Shown here: one piece after another, positions 48,257-58,022 of the stretch
How the letters are laid out: each line of letters starts with the position of its first letter
Numbering within the stretch: position 1 is the stretch's first letter
From: Rickettsiales bacterium
GTDB lineage: Bacteria > Pseudomonadota > Alphaproteobacteria > Rickettsiales > UBA998
Assembly (NCBI GenBank): GCA_028279475.1
Contig: JANQNR010000013.1
Span: 19,524 to 83,523, forward strand
Direction: 5' to 3'
DNA length: 64,000 bases
Made by a program: the position numbers and the translations under genes
Notes under the pieces: model-generated
Database searches by the model: none
What the model saw: only the letters and a program-made list of their open reading frames with translations
What the model was told of the DNA's origin: nothing

Positions 48257-48286
48257 AGCGTCTGCTGATTGGCAGGCGCTTTTTTT
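48257..48286 (+). terminator. rho-independent terminator after flp
   Basis: agcgtctgc-tgattg-gcaggcgct followed by tttttt. Confidence 0.6.
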
Positions 48287-48435
48287 ATGGATACGAAATG
48301 CTGCGCCGCACCAACGTCGGGATTGAGTAACAAAGATAAAAAAATATGCAGATAGGTCGGAAAACAGCCATCTACGCATTGTATCTTGCTATCTATATGC
48401 GTTAGGGTGGTGGGATGTATTGTGCAGGAGAAACC

Positions 48436-49908
48436 ATGGAACCGCAAACTCGCAGCGTCGCTGCCGAATCTGTAGCTATCACACCAACCACCTATCCCGA
48501 ACTGGCCGATTATTCACGCCGGTGCCGTATCATTGCTACGATTGGTCCGGCGAGCAATCCCTTAGAGTTGATTCAGGCCGGAGCAACCTGTTTCCGGCTG
48601 AATTTCAGCCATGGCTCGCATGAAGAACATCTGGAACGTATTCGCTTGATCCGACAGGCTGAGGAAGTTAGTGGCCGTTATGTGCCGATTATGGCAGATT
48701 TGCAGGGGCCAAAAATTCGGGTGGGTACATTCGATAAAGACGGCATTCAACTGAAATACGGACAAGAAATAACGCTGGAGGTCAGTAACGAGCCTGGTAC
48801 GGACGGTTTGATTCGTTTGCCACATCCGGAGATTCTGAGCGTGTTACAACCCGGCGATGAGATCAAGTTGGATGACGGGATGATGGCGCTGGAAATCGTG
48901 ACAAAAGAAAGTGACGCGCGTGCCACGGCAAAAGTCACCTGCCCCGGGTTTTTAACCCAGAAAAAGGGGGTCAATGTGCCGACACGCCAGCTACCTATCT
49001 CCGCGATGACAGATAAAGACCGCCGCGATCTGGAATTTGTACTGAAGCATGATGTCGATATTATTGCGTTGAGTTTTGTACAAACAGCGGATGATGTGAA
49101 GGAAGCACGGGAGATCATCGGTGACAAGGCGCTGATTATGTCCAAGATTGAAAAACCGCTGGCAGTGGATTCGATTGAAGCCATTGCCGAACAATCGGAT
49201 ATGGTCATGGTCGCGCGCGGGGATTTAGGCGTGGAATTACCGACGGAACGCGTACCGGCAGCGCAACGCCATATCGTGCGGGTGTGTCGTGAAGCAGGAA
49301 AGCCGGTGGTCGTAGCGACGCAGATGTTGCAAACGATGGTCGATTCCCCGGTACCGACGCGGGCGGAAGCTTCCGACGTGGCCACGGCGGTCTATATGGG
49401 CGTGGATGCGGTGATGCTGAGTGCCGAGTCGGCAGTCGGGCGGCATCCGGCAACGGCGGTTGCGATGATGGATCGCATCATCCGGGCGGTGGAAGAGGAT
49501 GAGCATTATTGGGACGAGTTGTATCAACAACGCAAAGAGCCGATTAGCACGGTGTCGAATGCGATTTGCACGTCGGCGCGGGACATTGCACGGGTTATGG
49601 AAGCAAACGCCATTTTTGCGTTTACCTGCGGTGGGCGTACCGCCTTTATGGCCGCGCGGGAGCGTTCCCGTACCCCGGTCTATGGATTGACTCCCAATGT
49701 ACATGTAGCGCGTCGCCTGGCGATGGTGTGGGGCGTAACGCCGGTCATCTCACCGGATATTTCCGATTCCGATGACATGCTCAGCTGGGCGGAAGGGCTG
49801 GCGAAAAAGTCGATGGGTATGAAGAAAGGTGATTGCCTGATTGCGCTGGCCGGCACGCCGTTCGGTATCCCTGGTACGACCAATACGCTGAAGATTATGA
49901 GTTTTTAA
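48436..49908 (+). CDS. pyk: pyruvate kinase
   Basis: RRCRIIATIGPAS...FRLNFSHGSHEEH, MVARGDLGVE and QMLQTM motifs. Start 48436 has AGGAG 5 nt upstream; the ORF-track start is 48415. Confidence 0.92.
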   Translation: MEPQTRSVAAESVAITPTTYPELADYSRRCRIIATIGPASNPLELIQAGATCFRLNFSHGSHEEHLERIRLIRQAEEVSGRYVPIMADLQGPKIRVGTFDKDGIQLKYGQEITLEVSNEPGTDGLIRLPHPEILSVLQPGDEIKLDDGMMALEIVTKESDARATAKVTCPGFLTQKKGVNVPTRQLPISAMTDKDRRDLEFVLKHDVDIIALSFVQTADDVKEAREIIGDKALIMSKIEKPLAVDSIEAIAEQSDMVMVARGDLGVELPTERVPAAQRHIVRVCREAGKPVVVATQMLQTMVDSPVPTRAEASDVATAVYMGVDAVMLSAESAVGRHPATAVAMMDRIIRAVEEDEHYWDELYQQRKEPISTVSNAICTSARDIARVMEANAIFAFTCGGRTAFMAARERSRTPVYGLTPNVHVARRLAMVWGVTPVISPDISDSDDMLSWAEGLAKKSMGMKKGDCLIALAGTPFGIPGTTNTLKIMSF

Positions 49909-49934
49909 ACTTAGGGCCTGAATTTTCGTTTGTT

Positions 49935-50072
49935 CGTCATTCCGCTGCGCGAGCGGTCAGGAGACCGCGAGACGACGGAATCCAGAAGGAAGAAAAAGTC
50001 AGGAGACTTTTTCTGTCACAACCATTCTTTTGAATGGTTGTTCTGTGGACTCCGGCCTTCGCCGGAGTGACG
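49935..50072. repeat. composite REP/MITE-like element in the convergent pyk/trhO spacer
   Basis: Unit cgtcattccg...cggaatcca (49935-49984), two perfect 10-bp hairpins (49991-50014 and 50018-50041), inverted unit tggactccggccttcgccggagtgacg (50046-50072). Confidence 0.65.
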
Positions 50073-50078
50073 TGCCAA

Positions 50079-50942
50079 TTAAGGCAGCGCAGCTCGGCGT
50101 TCCAACAAATCATAATTTGCCGGAGGGAAAGTGGCGCAGTGGGCGCAGCGTTCACCGGGAATGTACGCATCCATGCGCAAATCGCTGGCAACCAGCGTAT
50201 GACCACAGGCCGGGCAGTTCTGCGCGTCCTCATCCATCGCCAGCCCATGCTTGACAGCCACGCGGTCATCGAACACATAGCACGATCCTTCCCACAGGCT
50301 CTCTGCTTCCGGGGTTTCCGCCAGATAACGCAGAATTCCGCCCTTCAGATGATACACATCGTCGTATCCTTCCTGTTTTAGCCAGGCCGTATATTTCTCA
50401 CAGCGGATACCGCCGGTGCAAAAGGTGGCGATTTTGGCATTTTTTGGGATACCCAGCGCCTCCGGCGACAAGGACGGCAGATGGTTAAATTTCCTAGTAT
50501 CCGGTGCAATGGAACCCTTGAACGTACCGAGATAGGTTTCATAGGAATTGCGTGTATCAATCACCACCACGTCGTCACGCGAGATAAAGTCGTTCCAGTC
50601 AGCCGGTTCGACATAGGTGCCCACGCACTCCGGGCAGTCAAGCAGCTGTCCGAGCTTAACCAATGTCGGCTTGATCCGCACCTTGGCCTTGCCAAAAGCC
50701 TGAATAGGCGAATCACTCAGGGTTTGGGCGAAGTCGCAGCCCAGTAAATTTTTCAACTCCGTCATGCAGGTTTGTAATGCATCATGGCGCGCGCACAAGG
50801 TCGCGTTGATTCCCTCCGCTGCAATCAGGATCGTACCCCGCACCTCATGCGTTTGCAGTAGGGTAAGCAATTGCGCCTTGCGTTCCAACAGGGCGTCTTC
50901 GTCAATGCTGAAAAAGCTGTAAAATGTGGACACTTCGTACAT
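50079..50942 (-). CDS. trhO: rhodanese-domain protein TrhO/YceA (UPF0176, tRNA U34 hydroxylase family)
   Basis: 287 aa. FYSFF...GTILIAAEGINATL, rhodanese active-site loop FCTGGIRCEK, C-terminal Cys cluster. Confidence 0.85.
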   Translation of the reverse strand: MYEVSTFYSFFSIDEDALLERKAQLLTLLQTHEVRGTILIAAEGINATLCARHDALQTCMTELKNLLGCDFAQTLSDSPIQAFGKAKVRIKPTLVKLGQLLDCPECVGTYVEPADWNDFISRDDVVVIDTRNSYETYLGTFKGSIAPDTRKFNHLPSLSPEALGIPKNAKIATFCTGGIRCEKYTAWLKQEGYDDVYHLKGGILRYLAETPEAESLWEGSCYVFDDRVAVKHGLAMDEDAQNCPACGHTLVASDLRMDAYIPGERCAHCATFPPANYDLLERRAALP

Positions 50943-50986
50943 GGCCGCTTACATACACGATGTTTGAGACGGCTGGCAAGTACCTA

Positions 50987-52294
50987 TCAAAGTAACGCTT
51001 CCTGCGTTTCCTGTGGTACAATCCCAAAGCGCTGCTGAAAGCGTTCCTTATCCGCCGGGCTAAGTGCAACTTCCAGCACAATGGACAACGCATCCTGTGA
51101 CGCGGTTTCCCGTTCGACCACTCCATGCTGATGCAGCCAAGCCAGTGCTTCACCGTGCGTGACGTCAAGTGCATAGCGCACCGGACAGTAAAGGGTCGAA
51201 GAGAGTGTTTCGGCAATAGAGGTGAGCAGGTGACCTATGCCATAGCCTGTGATGGCAGACACCGCGACCGGGTTCTGGGTATAGATGGCGAGGTTTTCCT
51301 GCTGCATCGCATCCGCCTGATCGCACTTGTTCCAGACTTCAATGATAGGAGGGATTGTCTCCGGCGTATCAAACAGGCTGCCAATCACATCGAGGACATC
51401 GTCACGTTGCGCCTTCGTGTCCGGGTGGGTGATATCACGGACATGTAGCAAGATATCCGCCTGCCGGACTTCCTCTAGCGTAGCGCGGAAGGCGGCAATG
51501 AGCTGTGTGGGTAGATCGGAGATAAACCCGACTGTATCCGATAGCAGGATTTCCGGGCCGGAAGGCAGGCGGACCTTGCGTGTGGTTGGGTCGAGTGTCG
51601 CGAACAGGGCGTCCTGTGCCAGTACGGATGCGCTGGTCAAGCGATTAAATAACGTGGATTTTCCTGCATTGGTATAGCCGACTAGCGCCACGGTCGGGTA
51701 GGGGACACTATCACGCACATGCCGATGTAATGAGCGGGTACGTACGACCTTTTCCAGTTGTTTCTTAATGACGGCGATGCGGTCACGGATCAAACGACGG
51801 TCGGTCTCAATCTGTGATTCGCCAGGGCCGCCCATAAACCCATACCCACCACGCTGACGTTCCAGATGCGTCCAGGAGCGTACCAGCCGGCTTTTTTGGT
51901 ATTCCAGCGCCGCCAATTCCACTTGCAAGCGTCCTTCTTTCGTACGGGCGCGCTCGCCGAAAATTTCGAGAATCAAGGCGCTGCGGTCAATCACCTTGGT
52001 CGATAATTGTTTTTCCAGATTGCGCTGCTGCATAGGGGTCAATGCCGTGTCAAAGATAACAACACTGATCGGATGTTCTTCCTCCGAAATACGCTGCGCA
52101 ATCTGTTCAATTTGGCCGGAGCCGATCACGGTGGCGGGACGGACGGTCTGTACCGGAACCGCCTGCGCATGCATGACCTCCAACCCAATTGCTTGCGTCA
52201 GACTGATGGCTTCTCCCAGACGTGCCGATATGGAGCGGCGCTGATGCCGATGATCCGCCTTGATATCAGGGCAAACGACAATCGCGTGATTCAT
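50987..52294 (-). CDS. hflX: GTPase HflX
   Basis: 435 aa. VALVGYTNAGKSTLFN (G1), DTVGF (G3), NKCD (G4). Immediately downstream of hfq. Confidence 0.92.
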   Translation of the reverse strand: MNHAIVVCPDIKADHRHQRRSISARLGEAISLTQAIGLEVMHAQAVPVQTVRPATVIGSGQIEQIAQRISEEEHPISVVIFDTALTPMQQRNLEKQLSTKVIDRSALILEIFGERARTKEGRLQVELAALEYQKSRLVRSWTHLERQRGGYGFMGGPGESQIETDRRLIRDRIAVIKKQLEKVVRTRSLHRHVRDSVPYPTVALVGYTNAGKSTLFNRLTSASVLAQDALFATLDPTTRKVRLPSGPEILLSDTVGFISDLPTQLIAAFRATLEEVRQADILLHVRDITHPDTKAQRDDVLDVIGSLFDTPETIPPIIEVWNKCDQADAMQQENLAIYTQNPVAVSAITGYGIGHLLTSIAETLSSTLYCPVRYALDVTHGEALAWLHQHGVVERETASQDALSIVLEVALSPADKERFQQRFGIVPQETQEALL

Positions 52295-52303
52295 GCGATG
52301 CCG

Positions 52304-52606
52304 TCAGGCAATCTGGAAAGAGCCTTCGCCAGTGATGGTGGGTAATTCGGACTCGTCAATCGTGGAGTTTTCGCTGTCATCTTCCGGATACATATTGACC
52401 GGGTGCATCGGTACAATCGTTGCGATGCCGTGCTTGTAAACCAGTTGCGTCTGGGAACTACGACGCAGCACCAGGCAAAAGTTGTCAAACCCGGTAATGA
52501 TGCCTTGCAATTTGACACCGCTGGTCAGATAGACAGTAACCTGCTGCTTTTCCTTACGGCAGGTATTGAGAAAAATATCTTGAAGGCTCTTGGGTTTTTC
52601 GCGCAT
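52304..52606 (-). CDS. hfq: RNA chaperone Hfq
   Basis: [47 protein letters not shown]...[10 protein letters not shown] gives the Sm1/Sm2 motifs. Acidic C-terminal tail. The ORF track offers an alternative start at 52621. Confidence 0.92.
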   Translation of the reverse strand: MREKPKSLQDIFLNTCRKEKQQVTVYLTSGVKLQGIITGFDNFCLVLRRSSQTQLVYKHGIATIVPMHPVNMYPEDDSENSTIDESELPTITGEGSFQIA

Positions 52607-52685
52607 CGCAAACCTCTTCATTATGGCTATTTATGTTATATAGTGTTCCTTAACTAACATTTTATTGCTGTTATAGTCAATAATA

Positions 52686-53000
52686 TTAACAATAATCCAG
52701 TGTCGTTTGTGACGAAAGCTGGAGATTACAAATAATATCCGTGGTCGGATGATGGGAGGCAAAACCGTAACAACGCTCCATATGATGCTGAGTTTCTTCA
52801 CTGGGCTGTCCAGCACCGGCGGCAACTACGACAGCATAAGGCGGTATGACTCCATCTTTCAGTGCACGCATGAGCAACTGCTCTTTTTCCTGTGGAGCAA
52901 GTATATACATGTACCCTTTCTCCCCCTTAGGCAAGATGCAGGAAACAATATGCTGAGTAAACGTGTCGTCATGAAAAATCGGCGATGACGCAGCTCCCAT
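52686..53000 (-). CDS. hypothetical protein
   Basis: 104-aa ORF, no recognisable motif. Confidence 0.3.
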   Translation of the reverse strand: MGAASSPIFHDDTFTQHIVSCILPKGEKGYMYILAPQEKEQLLMRALKDGVIPPYAVVVAAGAGQPSEETQHHMERCYGFASHHPTTDIICNLQLSSQTTLDYC

Positions 53001-53212
53001 AAATTTCTCCTTCCCATGTGCGGGACTGGCATTTTCAGCGCATATTGTTGCGCCGAATGGAGTTTGTTATGACAACTTATAATACTACAGCATGAAAAGC
53101 TACTCTATTTTTCCATGAGGCATACTCACAGGTTACAAACAGGATATTTGTACATTTTTTGTCGCTTTTCATACGTCAGTCACTATGGTGACGTAAACAA
53201 CAAGGAACGACA

Positions 53213-54436
53213 ATGAATAATGAGCTGAATACTCAGGATGTACACGGTAAAATCGTATTGCTGCGGGTCGACATCAACGTACCAATGCAAGGCAACCAGG
53301 TAACAGATGACACGCGGATTCAACGGGTATTGCCGACGATTACCGGTCTGTGTGAGCGCGGTGCCAAAGTCGTGTTACTGTCCCATTTTGGCCGTCCTAA
53401 GGGACAACGCAATGAAGCCATGTCGCTGGTGAATGTAGCGGATGCGTTGCGGGAGCGACTGAAGCCGGTCAGTTTGAAATTCGTTGATGATTGCGTTGGA
53501 GCAGAGGTGGAGCAGGCGATTGCCGAGATGAATAATGGTGATGTCTTGCTATGCGAAAACCTCCGTTTCCATGCAGGAGAAGAAGCAGGAGATGCTGACT
53601 TTGCCCATAAGCTGGCGGCACTGGGAGATGTGTATGTCAATGACGCATTTTCCTGTTCACACCGGGCGCATGCCTCCATTGCCGGCATCCCTCAACATCT
53701 GCCTGCCTTTTTCGGGGATGCGATGGTGCAGGAACTGACCATGCTGGAATCCGTCTTTGCCACGCCGAAACCCCCGGTAGCAGCACTGGTAGGCGGTTCC
53801 AAAGTCTCGACCAAGATGGCATTGCTGGAAAATCTGATTGCCCGCATGGATATGCTGATGATCGGCGGTGGAATGGCTAATACATTTCTGTATGCGCAGG
53901 GTCATGACATAGGCGCGTCTCTATGTGAGAAAGATTTAAAAGAACTGGCGCTTACGATTATGAATAAAGCAGCGGATGCCGGGTGCCAGCTTCTATTGCC
54001 GGAAGATGTGACCGTGGCGCAAGAATTTAGCGCACATGCTCCCTGCCGTATCGTTGGCGTGGAGGAGATTGGCGCAAATGAAATGGCGCTGGATATTGGA
54101 TCGAAGACAGTTGAACGCTGGTCGCAAGCAATTCGTGAAGCCAACACGCTGGTGTGGAATGGTCCTGTTGGTGCATTTGAAATGGCGCCGTTTGATAATG
54201 GTTCCGTCTCGCTGGCGCGCGTCATTGCCGCACAAACGCAAGTCGGGCAATTGGTCAGCGTCGCTGGTGGCGGCGATACGGTGGCAGCACTGTCACATGC
54301 CGGGCTGAGTGATGCCATGACCTATGTGTCAACGGCAGGCGGCGCGTTCCTGGAGTGGCTGGAAGGAAAAACCCTGCCGGGCGTCGAAGCGATACAGACA
54401 TCGAACGATGCTCCGATGCAAGCGGCATCACGCTAA
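53213..54436 (+). CDS. pgk: phosphoglycerate kinase
   Basis: 407 aa. RVDINVPM, SHFGRPKG, AFSCSHRAHAS and GGGDT motifs. Confidence 0.93.
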   Translation: MNNELNTQDVHGKIVLLRVDINVPMQGNQVTDDTRIQRVLPTITGLCERGAKVVLLSHFGRPKGQRNEAMSLVNVADALRERLKPVSLKFVDDCVGAEVEQAIAEMNNGDVLLCENLRFHAGEEAGDADFAHKLAALGDVYVNDAFSCSHRAHASIAGIPQHLPAFFGDAMVQELTMLESVFATPKPPVAALVGGSKVSTKMALLENLIARMDMLMIGGGMANTFLYAQGHDIGASLCEKDLKELALTIMNKAADAGCQLLLPEDVTVAQEFSAHAPCRIVGVEEIGANEMALDIGSKTVERWSQAIREANTLVWNGPVGAFEMAPFDNGSVSLARVIAAQTQVGQLVSVAGGGDTVAALSHAGLSDAMTYVSTAGGAFLEWLEGKTLPGVEAIQTSNDAPMQAASR

Positions 54437-54446
54437 TATTCTGCTT

Positions 54447-55367
54447 TCATACCTTATCCAGCGGATGGGCTTTTTGGTAAATATTTGTCAATGCCTTCAT
54501 ATCAACGGACGTATAGCGTTGTGTAGTAGACAGGCTGGCATGCCCTAGCAACTCCTGAATATCGCGTAGCCCTGCCCCCTCTTCCAGCAGATGCGTGGCA
54601 AAGCTGTGACGCAAAGCATGTGGCGTGGTAAAATCAGGCAGCATCAGCACCTGACGCATCTCTCGCATCCGCCGCCGCACCACACCCGACTGTAATGCCT
54701 TACCACGCACCCCATAAAACAGGATATCTCCACTGGTATCATAAGGGCATGCTTGCCTGTAGTGATCCAGCGCATGTAATACGGACTCCAGCAAGGGAAG
54801 CACACGCTCCTTACTCCCTTTCCCCAGCACCCGCACCGTCATCGCCTGCCGATCGATATCCGCCTCCCGTAAGGTCAACGCCTCGGTGATACGCAACCCA
54901 CATCCATATAACAGCATCGCCAGCGCCTTATCGCGCAGCCCCGTCCAATCATCCGCATATTCCTGTTCCAGCGACTCGATCAGTTCCATCATCTCCGGCA
55001 CATCCAATGCTTTGGGAGTCATCGCATAGCCCTTGGGCGGACGCAGACTGGTAATGGCAGCCAAGTCACAACCATGCATCTCCTCCAGATACCGGGCAAA
55101 CTGCTTGACGGCCGAGAGCGCCCGGCGGGTGGAATGCGGATGCTGCCCCTGGCGGTGTCGCTCTGCCAGCCAGGGGCGTAATGCTTTTGGTTTCAGTGAT
55201 GCCAACACATCACATGTCAGTGCCATTCCCAGATGCTGCGTTAAGAACCCTAGAAACTCCTCAACATCATGCCGGTATGCGCTGAGCGTATGTTCGGAAT
55301 AGCGACGTACATGCTGCAAATGTTCGATCCATGCCCGGATATCATCCTGCATGGCTGTACCCGTCAC
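54447..55367 (-). CDS. xerC: site-specific tyrosine recombinase XerC
   Basis: 306 aa. R...HxxR...Y catalytic pattern (GLRITEAL, HALRHSFATHLL, LGHASLSTTQRYT). The DUF484 gene directly upstream is the usual xerC neighbour. Confidence 0.82.
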   Translation of the reverse strand: MTGTAMQDDIRAWIEHLQHVRRYSEHTLSAYRHDVEEFLGFLTQHLGMALTCDVLASLKPKALRPWLAERHRQGQHPHSTRRALSAVKQFARYLEEMHGCDLAAITSLRPPKGYAMTPKALDVPEMMELIESLEQEYADDWTGLRDKALAMLLYGCGLRITEALTLREADIDRQAMTVRVLGKGSKERVLPLLESVLHALDHYRQACPYDTSGDILFYGVRGKALQSGVVRRRMREMRQVLMLPDFTTPHALRHSFATHLLEEGAGLRDIQELLGHASLSTTQRYTSVDMKALTNIYQKAHPLDKV

Positions 55368-56122
55368 TACAGTAACCCGGCCTGTTCATAAAGCAAGTGG
55401 TCAAGCTTCAGCGCTGTGACTTTTGCCAGATAGCTTAGCAATTCCGTCCCCTGCCCGGCCTGGAATCGCCCAGCTTCCCGTACGCCGAATGACAATAATG
55501 CCTGCCGTCCGGTTTTCTCAAGGTTCAACGCCATATAAGCAATGGAACGTGCAAAATCCTGACATTCATGGAACACCTGCTCGGTGATCCAAATGGCATC
55601 GAGTGTACTTTCCGCAATCAGATGCACTGTTTTGCCTTTCGGGAATAATCGCTCGACCGCTCCGATTTCAATCAACGCCATCCCGGAATAATGCTGCTCC
55701 GGGTAATAGCTCTCATACTGCCCGCCCATATCGCTTTCCAGCGCCAGTCGTACCACATCCACATCAAACACGACTGGGAAATCGAGGCACAAACATTCAA
55801 ACAGCTGCTCCAGCGTATGCACCCCCATCAGCCGCAACGTCGCGTCCTGCACCTGCTGCTGCATGCGATGATTGTCGCGCGCCACATTGACCACGCTACT
55901 GAAATGCTCTTTCGTATCCTCTACGCGCTTTTGTAATGCCTGAATGGCGTAATGCTGAAAATCGACGACATTGCCGCCCAGTTCTCCATCCTCAGGCAAC
56001 AGCGACGCCAGTGCCTCGGGATGCTTCTCGAAAAAGGTCGGATTCTCCTTCAAAAACTCTAATACCTGCTGTGACGTCAGCGTTATATCATTCATAGCGG
56101 GATGCGTCTCACTCATACACAC
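55367..56122 (-). CDS. DUF484-family protein
   Basis: 251 aa. N-terminal VLEFLKENPTFFEKHPEAL is typical of DUF484. GAF-like remainder. Its stop abuts the xerC start. Confidence 0.7.
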   Translation of the reverse strand: MCMSETHPAMNDITLTSQQVLEFLKENPTFFEKHPEALASLLPEDGELGGNVVDFQHYAIQALQKRVEDTKEHFSSVVNVARDNHRMQQQVQDATLRLMGVHTLEQLFECLCLDFPVVFDVDVVRLALESDMGGQYESYYPEQHYSGMALIEIGAVERLFPKGKTVHLIAESTLDAIWITEQVFHECQDFARSIAYMALNLEKTGRQALLSFGVREAGRFQAGQGTELLSYLAKVTALKLDHLLYEQAGLL

Positions 56123-56172
56123 TATTGGAACGCGAACCGGCGTTCGCTTTCAAGCAAAAAATGACCTTCACG

Positions 56173-56433
56173 CTATTCTACCAGCAGATTTACGCAGGTT
56201 TTCGTACCAACACTATCAAGAACCGCTCGGAAATAACGCGTACCAAGGCGTAGCGGATGCACCTGCTTGTGCCGGAACATGACAACATCAAACCATTCCT
56301 GTTCATCCGGTGAGACTTGCAGGGTAATGCGCGCACCGTCAAACACACCCCAGCAATAGGCGGTATGCAGGTAGGTGTGGCTTTCTTCAATGGCACTCAC
56401 GCCATTATCGCGCTGATGGTGGAATAGTCGCAT
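56173..56433 (-). CDS. hypothetical protein
   Basis: 86-aa ORF, no recognisable motif. Confidence 0.3.
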   Translation of the reverse strand: MRLFHHQRDNGVSAIEESHTYLHTAYCWGVFDGARITLQVSPDEQEWFDVVMFRHKQVHPLRLGTRYFRAVLDSVGTKTCVNLLVE

Positions 56434-56474
56434 GTGGTTTCCTTCGATGACCTCATGCGTTTAGTCGAAGTGTA

Positions 56475-58022
56475 CTAATGCCGGAAGTGGCGAATGCCGG
56501 TAAAACTCAGTGCCATCCCATGCTGATCGGCGGCGGCGATGACCTCGTCATCACGAATGGAACCGCCCGGCTGGATGATGGCGGCAATGCCCGCCTCCGC
56601 CGCGTGGTGGACATTGTCATCGAACGGGAAAAAGGCATCCGATGCAAGTACCGCCCCACTCGTCTCCAACCCGGCAGCCTCAGCCTTGTGACAGGCAATG
56701 CGGACACTATCGACCCGGCTCATCTGCCCGGCACCAATCCCGATTGCCGCGCCGTCTTTTACCAGTACAATTGCATTCGACTTCACATGCTTGGCGATGG
56801 TAAAGGCCAGGGTCATATCCTCGATTTCCTGCACATTCGGCTGACGCTTACTGACATGCTGCAACGCGCCATCCAGCACCACAGCATCACCGGATTGCAG
56901 CAAATACCCGCCACTGACACTACGGATATCCAGTGCTCCCTGCTTTGGCAATAATGCACCGTTAGTCTGCAACAGGCGGATGTTCTTCTTCTTTTGCAAG
57001 ATATCCAGCGCGCCCGGTTCAAAACCCGGCGCAATGATGACCTCGGCAAACTGTTTGCCAATCGCTTCTGCTGTAGCAGCATCCATCACCCGGTTCGCAG
57101 CAATGATCCCGCCATACGCGCTTTGCGGATCACAGGCAAAGGCGCGTCCATACGCCTCTTCCAGCGTCTCCGCCACTGCCACACCGCAAGGATTGGCGTG
57201 CTTAATAATGGCAATCGCAGGCGCTTCAAACTCACAGACCAATGCCCAGGCAGCATCGGTGTCATTGATATTGTTGAAACTCAGCTCCTTCCCATGCAAT
57301 TGTGTCGCCGCCGCCAGTGTGCCGGGCGCTGCATCAGCCTGATAGAACGCCGCGCTCTGATGCGGATTCTCGCCATACCGCAACGCCTGCACACGTTGCA
57401 TCGGCAGAGAAAGTATCGATGGAAATGGCACCTCCAGTACGTCAGCAAACCAGCCGCTAATCGCTGCATCATACTGCGCTGTGCGGGCAAAGGCTTTTGC
57501 CGCCAGTTCCTTACGCAACGCCAGCGAGGTCTGCGCATCATGCGTTGCCATCTCATTCAACACGTTCTCATAATCCTGCGGGTCGGTCACGATGGTCACC
57601 GACGCATGGTTCTTGGCTGCACTGCGTACCATTGCCGGTCCACCAATATCGATATTCTCAATACAGTCGTCCCATGACCCGCCTTGCGCCACCGTCGTTT
57701 CAAACGGGTAGAGATTAATCACCACCAGGTCAATTCCATCAATCCCATGCGTCTGCATGGCATCGGCATCATCCTTCAATTCGCGGCGAGCCAGAATCCC
57801 ACCATGTACCTTCGGGTGCAGGGTCTTGATCCGCCCACCCATCATTTCCGGAAACCCGGTATGCTCACTAACGTCGGTCACGGCAATTCCTTCTTCACGC
57901 AATAACGCTGCCGTCCCACCGGTCGACAATAGCCGCACCCCGAACTGCTCCACCAGCGCACGCGCGAATAGCACCAGCCCGGTTTTATCTGAAACAGACA
58001 GTAAGGCGGTTTTGATGGTCAT
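56475..58022 (-). CDS. purH: bifunctional AICAR transformylase / IMP cyclohydrolase
   Basis: 515 aa. [27 protein letters not shown] and C-terminal FTGIRHFRH. Confidence 0.93.
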   Translation of the reverse strand: MTIKTALLSVSDKTGLVLFARALVEQFGVRLLSTGGTAALLREEGIAVTDVSEHTGFPEMMGGRIKTLHPKVHGGILARRELKDDADAMQTHGIDGIDLVVINLYPFETTVAQGGSWDDCIENIDIGGPAMVRSAAKNHASVTIVTDPQDYENVLNEMATHDAQTSLALRKELAAKAFARTAQYDAAISGWFADVLEVPFPSILSLPMQRVQALRYGENPHQSAAFYQADAAPGTLAAATQLHGKELSFNNINDTDAAWALVCEFEAPAIAIIKHANPCGVAVAETLEEAYGRAFACDPQSAYGGIIAANRVMDAATAEAIGKQFAEVIIAPGFEPGALDILQKKKNIRLLQTNGALLPKQGALDIRSVSGGYLLQSGDAVVLDGALQHVSKRQPNVQEIEDMTLAFTIAKHVKSNAIVLVKDGAAIGIGAGQMSRVDSVRIACHKAEAAGLETSGAVLASDAFFPFDDNVHHAAEAGIAAIIQPGGSIRDDEVIAAADQHGMALSFTGIRHFRH

